Shown here: piece after piece, positions 36,811 to 44,155 of the stretch | Layout: each line of letters starts with the position of its first letter | How positions within the stretch are numbered: the first letter of the stretch is position 1 | Source: Escherichia phage Shashou | Strand: one strand, 5' to 3' | DNA length: 44,155 nucleotides | Sequence record: MK931440.1 | Made by a program: the position numbers and the translations under genes | The notes under the pieces: model-generated | Database searches by the model: none | Seen by the model: the letters and a program-made list of their open reading frames with translations, nothing else | Told to the model about the DNA's origin: nothing

Positions 36811-37002
36811 TTCTTTTTCTCCGCACGTTCTAAGGCTTCCAGCATACGGCGCATTGCGCGTTCATCTTTACCGGTGCGAAGAAGTCTGCGCCATGTTTCT
36901 GGCGGCGTAGCTGTGGAACTATTAATTTCGCCATTGTATAATCCTTGTGCTTACTTTGATGATTTGTGCTTCGGCCCCGACGTCCTAGCGTTGGGGTTTC
37001 TT

Positions 37003-37215
37003 TTATTTATCGCCTGCAAACCACGCGTGCGCAGAATCATAGAAACGACATTTACTTAATACCTCGATTGGCATCTTAATAATGCGCGTCGGTTCCGACA
37101 AATGATTAGGCTTACATATTTCTGCATAGAATCCGCTGTCAGTAATTTCTGACGCAAACTTAAACCAGTATTTAACTTTACCGTCTTCAAAGTAACAACC
37201 CATACGCCCAATCAT
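37003..37215 (-). CDS. hypothetical protein
   Basis: 70-aa ORF, ATGA overlap with upstream HTH gene. Confidence 0.45.
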   Translation of the reverse strand: MIGRMGCYFEDGKVKYWFKFASEITDSGFYAEICKPNHLSEPTRIIKMPIEVLSKCRFYDSAHAWFAGDK

Positions 37216-37394
37216 TTCACGTTCTCCTTAATCCATGCTTCAACTTTATTACGGTCAAATGTACCCGGTAAACGGCGGCCCATTACTTTAATACAGCAGT
37301 CAGGGAATTTACCACTGCGCAGCCAGTTATTAATTGTCTGACGTGTCACACCGATACGTTCTGCTACTTCATTCTGGGTCATGTAATGTTGCAT
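37212..37394 (-). CDS. HTH DNA-binding protein (Cro/AlpA-like, putative)
   Basis: Start at Met25 of track ORF with AGGAG RBS; HTH MTQNEVAERIGVTRQTINNWLRSG; first gene of leftward operon. Confidence 0.6.
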   Translation of the reverse strand: MQHYMTQNEVAERIGVTRQTINNWLRSGKFPDCCIKVMGRRLPGTFDRNKVEAWIKENVK

Positions 37395-37501
37395 TTTTAT
37401 ATCTCCTGTTTGTTTGGTGAAGCTGAGTATAGGATAGCGGGAATGTAAAAGCAACCAAAACGCCACACAAAGTTACTAAGATACAAAAGATGCTTCAGGT
37501 A

Positions 37502-37530
37502 TTGACTTTTACTAAGAAATATGGTAAGCT
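37502..37530 (+). promoter_or_regulatory. sigma70-like promoter TTGACT-N17-(TGg)TAAGCT
   Basis: Paralog of promoter at 5572; followed by the same conserved leader. Confidence 0.5.
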
Positions 37531-37790
37531 CAGCCTGAGCTTGTGAAGTATGAACAAGCGACCGCGGCGCGCGGCAGGCGAAACGAGCACGTGTAGCGTG
37601 TGGAGTGAGGCTCGCTAGCGCGTTTGGGAGGCCCCAAGTCTATTGTAATTCCAGCCTAAGTAGCTAAGTTACTGATTTGCCGTAGGTTAGAACCGCCAGC
37701 TCACTCACTCACTCTTGGTGCCTTCGGCACCACGTTCGTTTCGTTTCGCTCGCTACCCCCTTAAACGAAAGAATCACAACGGCAACGTAA
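37531..37790 (+). ncRNA. candidate noncoding leader/small RNA (copy 2)
   Basis: No ORF of 60 aa or more; same 5' element; contains UUCG-loop hairpin ggtgcc-ttcg-gcacc and short tandem repeats. Confidence 0.3.
37699..37754 (+). repeat. short tandem repeats (ctcactcactcactc; cgtttcgtttcg) flanking a tetraloop hairpin
   Basis: Direct repeats visible in the noncoding region between divergent operons. Confidence 0.5.
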
Positions 37791-37798
37791 CTAATCTC

Positions 37799-37827
37799 TT
37801 GCACACCCCAACATAATAGGATACTAT
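37799..37827 (+). promoter_or_regulatory. promoter TTGCAC-N17-TACTAT with palindrome AATAG-gata-CTATT
   Basis: Palindrome (37815..37828) overlaps spacer and -10; drives 37862 gene block. Confidence 0.5.
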
Positions 37828-37861
37828 TCACTTATCGAAACGAGACAGAGGAGTGAGGGCT

Positions 37862-38053
37862 ATGTTTAAGAAGGGTCAGTTGGTTAAATACTCCGACGAT
37901 AAACACGGCATAATTGAATTAAAATCTGCTTTATTTCCAGGAGAGTACGTAGTTACCATGCAAAATGTGAGAGGAGTAAATTCACAAATATACGTAGCGG
38001 AGGAGAACTTAAAACTAATCGGCAACAATTTTAAATTCAAAGAGGCGAAGTGA
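37862..38053 (+). CDS. hypothetical protein
   Basis: ATG after RBS gaggag; AT-rich. Confidence 0.5.
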   Translation: MFKKGQLVKYSDDKHGIIELKSALFPGEYVVTMQNVRGVNSQIYVAEENLKLIGNNFKFKEAK

Positions 38054-38241
38054 TGGAAGAATTAATTTACGACGTATACGTCGACGGGGTTATCTCAGAA
38101 ACGACAAGTAATAAAGATTACGCAATAAAGCTGTATATGTATTACGCGGCCATTGTAGGAAAGATGGTAGAAGTGCGGGAGCGAACGGCATCGAATCATG
38201 GTGCCAGTGCCGACGACTCTGAGGGAGGTTGCCGTAAATGA
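38053..38241 (+). CDS. hypothetical protein
   Basis: Stop-start overlap with upstream gene. Confidence 0.45.
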   Translation: MEELIYDVYVDGVISETTSNKDYAIKLYMYYAAIVGKMVEVRERTASNHGASADDSEGGCRK

Positions 38242-38429
38242 GAATTCGTATAACTGATGTTGAACAAACATGCCCTGAGGAATACCAGGACGTTAGCCTT
38301 GCGTACTTTGGCGTCTCTGTTGGTGATGAGTTCGACGTAGGGATTAGTTGCGAATATGGGTTTGTTGTAAATCATCGCGGCGAGAATTTGTTCGTCCGTA
38401 ATTCTGAATGCGAAGTTCTGGAGGACTAA
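38238..38429 (+). CDS. hypothetical protein
   Basis: ATGA overlap with upstream gene. Confidence 0.45.
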   Translation: MRIRITDVEQTCPEEYQDVSLAYFGVSVGDEFDVGISCEYGFVVNHRGENLFVRNSECEVLED

Positions 38430-38432
38430 GTT

Positions 38433-38594
38433 ATGAGAGAAGCGTTCGAACGGTGGGCCGTCGTTGAGGGTCTGCCGGTTAACAAGGGTTCGAAGAAAGA
38501 GTACCTGAACGTTAAGACGCGTCTCGCGTGGCGGGCGTGGAAAGCTGGTGCGCAATATCGTGCCGGTATGACAGGTGGTGTAACAGGTCAATAG
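38433..38594 (+). CDS. small hypothetical protein (53 aa)
   Basis: GGAGG RBS; followed by intrinsic terminator; not in ORF track. Confidence 0.4.
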   Translation: MREAFERWAVVEGLPVNKGSKKEYLNVKTRLAWRAWKAGAQYRAGMTGGVTGQ

Positions 38595-38615
38595 TTTAGG
38601 ATTTTACTGAGTGAC

Positions 38616-38650
38616 TTACGCTGCTACACAGCAGCGTATCATTTTTCTCA
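38616..38650 (+). terminator. intrinsic terminator
   Basis: tacgctgct-acac-agcagcgta followed by tcatttttc. Confidence 0.6.
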
Positions 38651-38731
38651 TTTTTGTCCTATTTCACCAAACGCAACAATCGAATCGACTATTGCAGGAG
38701 ATGCAATAATACAAACACCAATAAAATTTAC

Positions 38732-38760
38732 TTGCACGCTGGGGAAGAATAGGATACTAT
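38732..38760 (+). promoter_or_regulatory. promoter TTGCAC-N17-TACTAT with palindrome AATAG-gata-CTATT
   Basis: Palindrome at 38748..38761; follows terminator 38616..38650. Confidence 0.5.
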
Positions 38761-38791
38761 TCATTTACACAAACGAGAGGAGAGGCAGAAT

Positions 38792-38941
38792 ATGGTTACT
38801 TTGATGATTATGGAGTTCGAAAACAGCGCTGCAACTTACCGCGAGATGACTATGGCGCAGGCGTACCACCTGGCTAAACACAGCAACTTCTACAAGGCTC
38901 AAATCATTAATGAGTTTGGGGTAATTGACTATGAATTTTAA
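38792..38941 (+). CDS. small hypothetical protein (49 aa)
   Basis: RBS gagaggagagg downstream of promoter 38732..38760; not in ORF track. Confidence 0.4.
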   Translation: MVTLMIMEFENSAATYREMTMAQAYHLAKHSNFYKAQIINEFGVIDYEF

Positions 38942-39203
38942 CAGCTACACCGTGACCGTTGATTTTGAGGGGCTGGAGTTGCCCCTCCCTAACAACTACC
39001 GGTACATAACGCGCGATAGTAATGGGTTTATTCAGGGGTGGAAGAACAAACCGACGGATACTGAGTTCGGGATGTCAGGAGGAGAAGAGTTGCCGGTCAC
39101 TTTCGGGCATCAGAGTAGCAATGGAGAACTTAAAACGGTGATTCGTAAGTATCGTCGCCGCGATAACACCGGGCTTATCGCAATAACAGGCGCTGTTGAA
39201 TAA
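38931..39203 (+). CDS. hypothetical protein
   Basis: ATG at Met3 of track ORF. Confidence 0.45.
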   Translation: MNFNSYTVTVDFEGLELPLPNNYRYITRDSNGFIQGWKNKPTDTEFGMSGGEELPVTFGHQSSNGELKTVIRKYRRRDNTGLIAITGAVE

Positions 39204-39222
39204 GCGAGAGGAGAGACAGAAG

Positions 39223-39711
39223 ATGAGTAACAAAAACGAAGTATTCGAGTACCTGATTGACCAACTACGGCAGCAGGTAAATAGCAACCCGTACAAGCAA
39301 CAGTGCGAAGACCTGGCGCACGAGGTGTTGTCACTCAAGAATCAGTTACGTGATGCGTCAGAACATATTAAGGAGTTGCATAAGGCGTTGGCTGCAGCTA
39401 CGGGTGACGTAGGCGCTTATATAGCAGCAGAGCAATCTGGTTGCCGTAAGGAAGATACTCAGTACAACGCCTGGAGGCCGCATTATGGTGCACGACAACC
39501 TGTGCCGGATGGGACTATGGTATTTATCCGGTATCGCAACGGGGAGGAGCTGAAACACAGTGTAGCAGCAGAAAAGAGGTTGTGGATTTGGGATGGAACA
39601 TACGCAGACATAGTGGAATACAAGATTGACACACAGGAATGCGAGCACAATTGGTTATATAGTAAACACAAAAGTGGCTTCGTTTGCTTTAATTGTGGGG
39701 CGCGTAAGTAA
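39223..39711 (+). CDS. hypothetical protein with C-terminal Cys/His cluster
   Basis: Start at Met10 of track ORF with RBS gagaggag; C-terminal CEHNW...CFNC. Confidence 0.5.
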   Translation: MSNKNEVFEYLIDQLRQQVNSNPYKQQCEDLAHEVLSLKNQLRDASEHIKELHKALAAATGDVGAYIAAEQSGCRKEDTQYNAWRPHYGARQPVPDGTMVFIRYRNGEELKHSVAAEKRLWIWDGTYADIVEYKIDTQECEHNWLYSKHKSGFVCFNCGARK

Positions 39712-39911
39712 TGACCAGCGTCCTATTTATATGGGTACTGTACGCAGGCCAGTTACAACTAGCGGCAACAGAAACGTTTTACTCACTGGATGCGTGCCAG
39801 GCTGCGGCACGCAACGCAGAGAACGCGCACTTCCTGTTTCAGGATAAGCCGATTGATACTGAGGTGCGCGCGACATGTTCAACGAAACGATTAGCTAAGC
39901 AGGAGAAATAA
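39711..39911 (+). CDS. hypothetical protein with hydrophobic N-terminus
   Basis: Stop-start overlap; N-terminal VLFIWVLYAGQLQLAA. Confidence 0.45.
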   Translation: MTSVLFIWVLYAGQLQLAATETFYSLDACQAAARNAENAHFLFQDKPIDTEVRATCSTKRLAKQEK

Positions 39912-39912
39912 G

Positions 39913-40122
39913 ATGGTACAGAGATACGAGATAATAAGATGGGGTCTGCCGGAGATGGCTAAGTACCCATACGGTGACTACGTTGAGTATGACAGCTATA
40001 AGGAACTGGAGGCCCGACTGGAAGAAGTCAACGCTGAGTTACAGAAATACAAAGACCAGTTCCCGGATTACGTCGAGTGCGCGAACTGCGGGTCGGTTAC
40101 ACATGTGGAAGGGGTGGATTGA
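39913..40122 (+). CDS. hypothetical protein (MVQRY paralog 1)
   Basis: RBS agcaggag; begins MVQRYE, shared with the next gene. Confidence 0.5.
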   Translation: MVQRYEIIRWGLPEMAKYPYGDYVEYDSYKELEARLEEVNAELQKYKDQFPDYVECANCGSVTHVEGVD

Positions 40123-40376
40123 TGGTGCAGAGATACGACTTAACAGAATACTACGTGAGTGGTGCGGTAGATATAACGCCTGTCCCGGACTCGCATGAAG
40201 GGCGTTATGTAAGCTACGAAGACTACGCGCAACTCGAAGCTGAACTCATGAAAGTAAAAGCCGCAGCCCGTTGTCTTGTGCGAGAAGCAGGTAAGGTGTA
40301 TAGCGATTATAGTGACGTTATAGCACCTGAGTTTGTAGACCAGCAAACCATACACGAACTAGGTATTCTGTTATGA
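40122..40376 (+). CDS. hypothetical protein (MVQRY paralog 2)
   Basis: Start at Met16 of track ORF; begins MVQRYD. Confidence 0.5.
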   Translation: MVQRYDLTEYYVSGAVDITPVPDSHEGRYVSYEDYAQLEAELMKVKAAARCLVREAGKVYSDYSDVIAPEFVDQQTIHELGILL

Positions 40377-40666
40377 GCCTTGCAACTGACATCCTGAAAC
40401 GCAGCGGCCTTGCGCCGCTGTCGCCGAGAGCAAACACTCAGATATACAAGCGCCGCCGTAATACGCTGTACCCAGAGATACAGGAACGACGTAAAGCTAT
40501 CCGCGCCTGTGGATTCCAGAACGGGAAGGCCGTGAATCTCGGTGAGTTTAAAACACAAGAACGCGCCGCAATCGCTAATCGACTATTTAATTACTGGAAA
40601 TCGCTGGGGTACGATGATATTCCGACGAAACCCCAGAGACGACAATACATCTGGAGGCACAAATGA
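40373..40666 (+). CDS. hypothetical basic protein
   Basis: ATGA overlap with upstream gene. Confidence 0.5.
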   Translation: MSLATDILKRSGLAPLSPRANTQIYKRRRNTLYPEIQERRKAIRACGFQNGKAVNLGEFKTQERAAIANRLFNYWKSLGYDDIPTKPQRRQYIWRHK

Positions 40667-41100
40667 CTACTATCGCGTTTGACGGAAAGACGATGGCCTG
40701 TGACACCCGAGTAACCGGAGACCACATCTACAACACAGATACCAAGATATATGAGAACGAGTTTGTTGTTATCGGTGTAGCAGGCAATGCTGAGGCTGGT
40801 ATCCTTTTAGTGAAGGACGATAGTATTTTAGTACCTAAGCACTACGATTTTGATTTCTCTGCTTTGGTGTGGGTTAAAGACATCGAAACGTTGTGCAAAG
40901 TAGAATTCTATAAATCATGGGATTGTGCACTAAGTTCGGTTATCCCTGTTGCAGATGGTTTTGCCGCCGTCGGTTCCGGTGCACCTTATGCACTGGCGGC
41001 TATGTATTTAGGTAATACGGCAACACGTGCAATTACTATAGCAGAGCAATTCGACCCTAACACCGGCGGCAATATTATTACCAAACAACTATTAGGATAA
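40663..41100 (+). CDS. HslV-like Ntn-hydrolase (proteasome beta-subunit family) peptidase homolog
   Basis: Begins MTTIAFDG (Thr directly after Met as in HslV); VVIGVAGNAEAGILL and AAVGSGAPYALAAMYLG match HslV blocks VIAGFAGGTADAFTL and IAIGSGGPYAQAAARAL. Confidence 0.6.
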   Translation: MTTIAFDGKTMACDTRVTGDHIYNTDTKIYENEFVVIGVAGNAEAGILLVKDDSILVPKHYDFDFSALVWVKDIETLCKVEFYKSWDCALSSVIPVADGFAAVGSGAPYALAAMYLGNTATRAITIAEQFDPNTGGNIITKQLLG

Positions 41101-41159
41101 TTCCTAACCGTGCTATCCTCCAGTTACTGCATACTTAATACGCACCTGGAGGATTCATC

Positions 41160-41468
41160 TTGGATAAATTTACTGAAACAGTGCCGGTGTGGCTTCTCAC
41201 CGCCGCACTGGTCGGTGGATTGGTCGGACTAAGACAACATAAAAAGTCTATATCCGGTCCAGTCGACGGACTGGTATTTCTTCTCACCGGCTTCGCGTGT
41301 GCCGTTTTCGGTGCACCTCTTGCCGCTCAATGGTTCGGTATTACCGGTGAGCGCGAGATAGCTGGCCTCGGATTCATCATTGCCGTTCTCTGGATGCCTA
41401 TCTATTCCCGCCTTTCTGGCATTGTCGCCGGAGAATACATCGCACGTCGCGGAGGTGGCAATGAATGA
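41160..41468 (+). CDS. holin (putative)
   Basis: TTG start with RBS ggagga; three hydrophobic segments; immediately upstream of endolysin. Confidence 0.55.
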   Translation: MDKFTETVPVWLLTAALVGGLVGLRQHKKSISGPVDGLVFLLTGFACAVFGAPLAAQWFGITGEREIAGLGFIIAVLWMPIYSRLSGIVAGEYIARRGGGNE

Positions 41469-41742
41469 GTTATTCTGGTTTGGCGGTATGCTCGCAATCG
41501 GGGGCGCATCGCTGTTTAACGTATACCACCCCAGTGTAGACGATGGCCTGTTTGGTCGTGTGCTGTATATTCTCACTGCTATTGTCTGCGCTGCCGGTTG
41601 TATCCACCTGTTACAGGGCAGCGTGTCACCAACGTTGCCGGAAACACTAATCACCCTGGTAGCGCTGCGACAGATTCGTCAATCGTGGCTGCATTACCAG
41701 TCGAAAGGAGGACATAAGCGTGTCTCGAAACATTTCAGATAA
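41461..41742 (+). CDS. holin/antiholin-like membrane protein (putative)
   Basis: ATG at Met28 of track ORF; two hydrophobic segments; overlaps holin end and endolysin start. Confidence 0.45.
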   Translation: MNELFWFGGMLAIGGASLFNVYHPSVDDGLFGRVLYILTAIVCAAGCIHLLQGSVSPTLPETLITLVALRQIRQSWLHYQSKGGHKRVSKHFR

Positions 41743-42223
41743 TGGATTGCAGTTCAAGAAAGCGTGGGAGAAGTTTCGTGGAACTGCGTACAAAGCCACA
41801 AAGAACGAGAAATACTGGACTATAGGCTGGGGCCATACCGGGCCAGATGTGTACGAAGGGCAGAAGATTACCGAGGGTCAGGGGTTGCTGTTACTTAACC
41901 GTGATATGCAGTGGGCGGTGAAAGCAGTAGACGAGGTGGCGCATCCATCGCTTACCCAGGCCCAGTTTGATGCCGTTGTTGACCTGGTGTTTAACGCCGG
42001 AACTGGTGTTATCGCAGCGACTACCGGAACCGGTAAGGCGCTACGGCAGGGGGACATCGCAGCCTTACGGCACAAGATGAGCCAGTTCATTAACCAGCGC
42101 AACCCTAAGACCGGTAAACTTGAACCTGTTCTGGGCCTGCGCCGTCGTGTAGCGGGTCGCCTGGCGCTGTTCGACGGTAAACCGTGGCAGGAGGCGGAGG
42201 ATATCGGGAGGGCTGTTAAATGA
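41720..42223 (+). CDS. endolysin (T4 lysozyme-like glycoside hydrolase)
   Basis: GTG start with RBS aaggagg; AWEKFRGTAYKAT...YWTIGWGHTG resembles the T4-lysozyme catalytic region. Confidence 0.8.
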   Translation: MSRNISDNGLQFKKAWEKFRGTAYKATKNEKYWTIGWGHTGPDVYEGQKITEGQGLLLLNRDMQWAVKAVDEVAHPSLTQAQFDAVVDLVFNAGTGVIAATTGTGKALRQGDIAALRHKMSQFINQRNPKTGKLEPVLGLRRRVAGRLALFDGKPWQEAEDIGRAVK

Positions 42224-42353
42224 TGGACGAATACGAAGGTGTTTAGTATTATGGTTAAGCCAAGTTTTTCGTATTTGCATACTAAGCCTTGGTAAACCTG
42301 AAGCAGCAGCCCAAGCGGTGGAGACTGCGTAGGGTTCAGAGGCTTATGACCGA

Positions 42354-42385
42354 AACCCGGACCGCGAATCCGGGTTTTATTTTAC
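42354..42385 (+). terminator. intrinsic terminator after lysis cassette (1 of 2)
   Basis: cccgg-accgcgaat-ccggg followed by TTTTATTTT. Confidence 0.6.
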
Positions 42386-42456
42386 CATTTGACACCTGAG
42401 ACTAATCCGACGATACTTAAATCACCTCCTGCTCCATCCCTCTGCTCTCCAGTTTT

Positions 42457-42492
42457 ATCCCGGCCCTGACCCAGCCGGGATTTTTTTTATCT
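42457..42492 (+). terminator. intrinsic terminator after lysis cassette (2 of 2)
   Basis: cccggc-loop-gccggg followed by run of about 9 T. Confidence 0.65.
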
Positions 42493-42510
42493 ATTTTCTG
42501 TAATGACTAG

Positions 42511-42539
42511 TTGACTATTATTCTGACACCAATTATATT
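42511..42539 (+). promoter_or_regulatory. sigma70-like promoter TTGACT-N17-TATATT
   Basis: Near-consensus hexamers with 17-nt spacer, downstream of two terminators after the endolysin gene. Confidence 0.5.
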
Positions 42540-42631
42540 TACTCCATCGACGAATCAGCTAATGTTAATATGAGCCTGGATGATTTTATGACTATTGTTG
42601 AGCAGGTTCTGGCGTTTTATGGGGATGTAAA

Positions 42632-42781
42632 ATGAAAATCACAGATATCGAAGCATTCAAAGATGCACAACTGATGGCACGTATCGCTGTCAGTAACCTG
42701 AGCACTACTGTACCAGCGGACGCGTTCTGGTTCACCGCGATGCAGACACTGAAAGCAGCTTATGCAGGAGAGAAGAAATGA
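42632..42781 (+). CDS. small hypothetical protein (49 aa)
   Basis: Downstream of promoter 42511..42539; coupled (ATGA) to next ORF; antisense to track ORF 42617..42808. Confidence 0.35.
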   Translation: MKITDIEAFKDAQLMARIAVSNLSTTVPADAFWFTAMQTLKAAYAGEKK

Positions 42782-42939
42782 GCGAACAAGGTCAAGTAAG
42801 CCAACCATTACGCGTAGGCCGTAAAGTCAGTCACACCCCGTTCCCGACACGCAAGGAACTGATGAAACGTAACAGTTTCCCGGGGCCGGACAAGAACAAG
42901 TATCTAAATCGCATGTGGGGAGAGCGTAAAAATGACTGA
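42778..42939 (+). CDS. small hypothetical protein (53 aa)
   Basis: RBS gcaggagag; overlaps start of 42932..43120. Confidence 0.35.
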   Translation: MSEQGQVSQPLRVGRKVSHTPFPTRKELMKRNSFPGPDKNKYLNRMWGERKND

Positions 42940-43120
42940 CCGTGAATACGAAAAGATGATGGTAGAGGCCGCGCACGGCAAAACGCAGAACGCTAAAGCC
43001 GAAATAGGGATACTTGATAAGTGGATAGAAGAACAGGCTCGATACCTTGACCGCCTGATGGAACGCCGCCGTGAACTGATTAACCGGTTCAACCTGAACA
43101 AAGGTGACACCAATGCCTAA
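42932..43120 (+). CDS. hypothetical protein
   Basis: 62-aa track ORF, charged helical. Confidence 0.45.
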   Translation: MTDREYEKMMVEAAHGKTQNAKAEIGILDKWIEEQARYLDRLMERRRELINRFNLNKGDTNA

Positions 43121-43352
43121 AATCACAATTGCATCGCTCGAGCGTCGTATCCTGGTGCTCGAGTCGGAGAAACAGACGTTAGGCGGGCAACTGTATATCA
43201 ATGGTGAGTTTCAACTGGAGGCGTTTAAGTTGCTTCTTGATAAGTTGAGGGAGGACGAAAAGCCTCACGAGCACGATTACTACCTACATGTGGTTGATGG
43301 GATACACCAGGCAACGTGCATTAAATGTGGTAAAGCGTATGGAGTCGCCTAA
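43113..43352 (+). CDS. hypothetical protein with Cys cluster
   Basis: ATG at Met4 of track ORF; C-terminal H...CIKCGK. Confidence 0.45.
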   Translation: MPKITIASLERRILVLESEKQTLGGQLYINGEFQLEAFKLLLDKLREDEKPHEHDYYLHVVDGIHQATCIKCGKAYGVA

Positions 43353-43521
43353 ACCAGTAGTCATTGATGGTGTCCTGTGGAAACCATACGCGGTTAACCA
43401 CATCGACGCCGACGGAAAGAAGTTCAGCTTCTACATTTTTGCGATTAGCCGTGAGCACGCCGCTTGTGTGGTAGATGATATACGAGAAACGGCGTGGCTT
43501 GGCGATGAGATAGTGGGGTGA
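43339..43521 (+). CDS. hypothetical protein
   Basis: Start at internal Met of track ORF; start uncertain. Confidence 0.35.
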   Translation: MESPKPVVIDGVLWKPYAVNHIDADGKKFSFYIFAISREHAACVVDDIRETAWLGDEIVG

Positions 43522-43523
43522 GT

Positions 43524-43694
43524 ATGTTCGATAATACTGACGCAGCAATCGAAGAAGCAATCTGGCGTCGCTACAACGGTGAGCAACAACGGCACTTCTG
43601 CCTGGTGCAGCGCGGTAACATGATTGCCGTAGTGCAGGACCGCGATAATAAATACCCAAATGCAATGTGGACGACGAGGAATTTCTTAGGATGA
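43524..43694 (+). CDS. small hypothetical protein (56 aa)
   Basis: ATG 2 nt after upstream stop; ATGA overlap with next gene; not in ORF track. Confidence 0.35.
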   Translation: MFDNTDAAIEEAIWRRYNGEQQRHFCLVQRGNMIAVVQDRDNKYPNAMWTTRNFLG

Positions 43695-43927
43695 TTACCA
43701 GCATTCCGAACCTGATTAAAGAATACGGCACGATGGCGGAGACATGCCGACAAACCGGCATCAATGAAATGACGATTCGCAAGTACAGCAAAGACGTAGA
43801 CTGCGAGCGCCATGTAATTTATAACAACCGCCTGATGACGCACGTCAGGACAAGCCCGGTGTTATTCACACGCCGTGGTATCACGAAGACTGAGCAACGT
43901 ATCGCACGAGAGGAGGGTGATGTATGA
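43691..43927 (+). CDS. hypothetical protein
   Basis: ATG at Met9 of track ORF. Confidence 0.4.
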   Translation: MITSIPNLIKEYGTMAETCRQTGINEMTIRKYSKDVDCERHVIYNNRLMTHVRTSPVLFTRRGITKTEQRIAREEGDV

Positions 43928-44079
43928 AAAAGTTAACGGTGTACTGGAAGACAGGCGCTACATCAGAACTTGATGTTTTCAGCGTAACGCAATGTGAGAA
44001 GTTCTGGTACGCCGAAACATTCAACGGTGAAGTGAGAATCCCGTTAGCACTGGTAGACGGCAGGGATATCACCGGGTAA
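43924..44079 (+). CDS. small hypothetical protein (51 aa)
   Basis: RBS gaggag; ATGA overlap with upstream gene; followed by terminator hairpin; not in ORF track. Confidence 0.35.
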   Translation: MKKLTVYWKTGATSELDVFSVTQCEKFWYAETFNGEVRIPLALVDGRDITG

Positions 44080-44087
44080 CCAACCAT

Positions 44088-44113
44088 CAAGCCCTCTACG
44101 GAGGGCTTTTCTG
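44088..44113 (+). terminator. intrinsic terminator at end of small-gene block
   Basis: agccctc-tacg-gagggct followed by TTTT. Confidence 0.55.
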
Positions 44114-44155
44114 TACATCCAGCCCAATCCCCTTATATAATCCCTTTAGACGCGT

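Noticed and set aside
37699-37754. Short tandem repeats considered as a CRISPR-like array
   Set aside because: Repeat units are 4-5 nt microsatellite-like with no spacers; not CRISPR architecture.
38196-38591. 131-aa minus-strand ORF in the small early gene block
   Set aside because: Overlaps four tightly coupled plus-strand genes with RBSs and a terminator; no start signal.
42290-42360. Possible tRNA in the noncoding region after the endolysin gene
   Set aside because: No cloverleaf or conserved T-loop sequence could be recognised; the structures present are terminator hairpins.
42617-42808. 63-aa minus-strand ORF
   Set aside because: Plus-strand small ORFs here have RBSs and stop-start coupling downstream of a strong promoter; the minus ORF is Cys-rich and unsupported. 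Low confidence either way.

Overview
The window reads as a complete or near-complete ~44 kb tailed dsDNA phage genome of an enterobacterial-type siphovirus; no integrase, tRNA or CRISPR array was seen. All calls are from reading the sequence and ORF track by eye; no search or folding was run. Layout: (1) plus-strand packaging, head and tail module (13..24720): terminase small and large subunits, portal, head morphogenesis, scaffold, major capsid, connectors, major tail, chaperone, tape measure, tail tip, tailspike. (2) Minus-strand replication module (24751..37394): SF2 helicase split by an intein, VRR-NUC, HNH endonuclease, family A DNA polymerase, gp2.5-like SSB, Cas4-like exonuclease, primase-helicase. 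(3) Plus-strand block of small early genes, lysis cassette and more small genes (37862..44079). Embedded in the structural module are minus-strand accessory genes: an AT-rich moron (3357..3878) and a five-gene operon (12271..14215) with an Imm-like membrane protein and an HTH-fused metallophosphoesterase. Most notable: that accessory operon, an HslV-like peptidase (40663..41100), a LAGLIDADG intein in the helicase Walker A motif, an SGNH-esterase tailspike, a recurring AATAG-N4-CTATT palindrome in at least 8 promoter regions, and a duplicated promoter-plus-leader element that may be a cis-acting RNA. Coordinates of features not in the ORF track (small ORFs, promoters, hairpins) may be off by a few nt.
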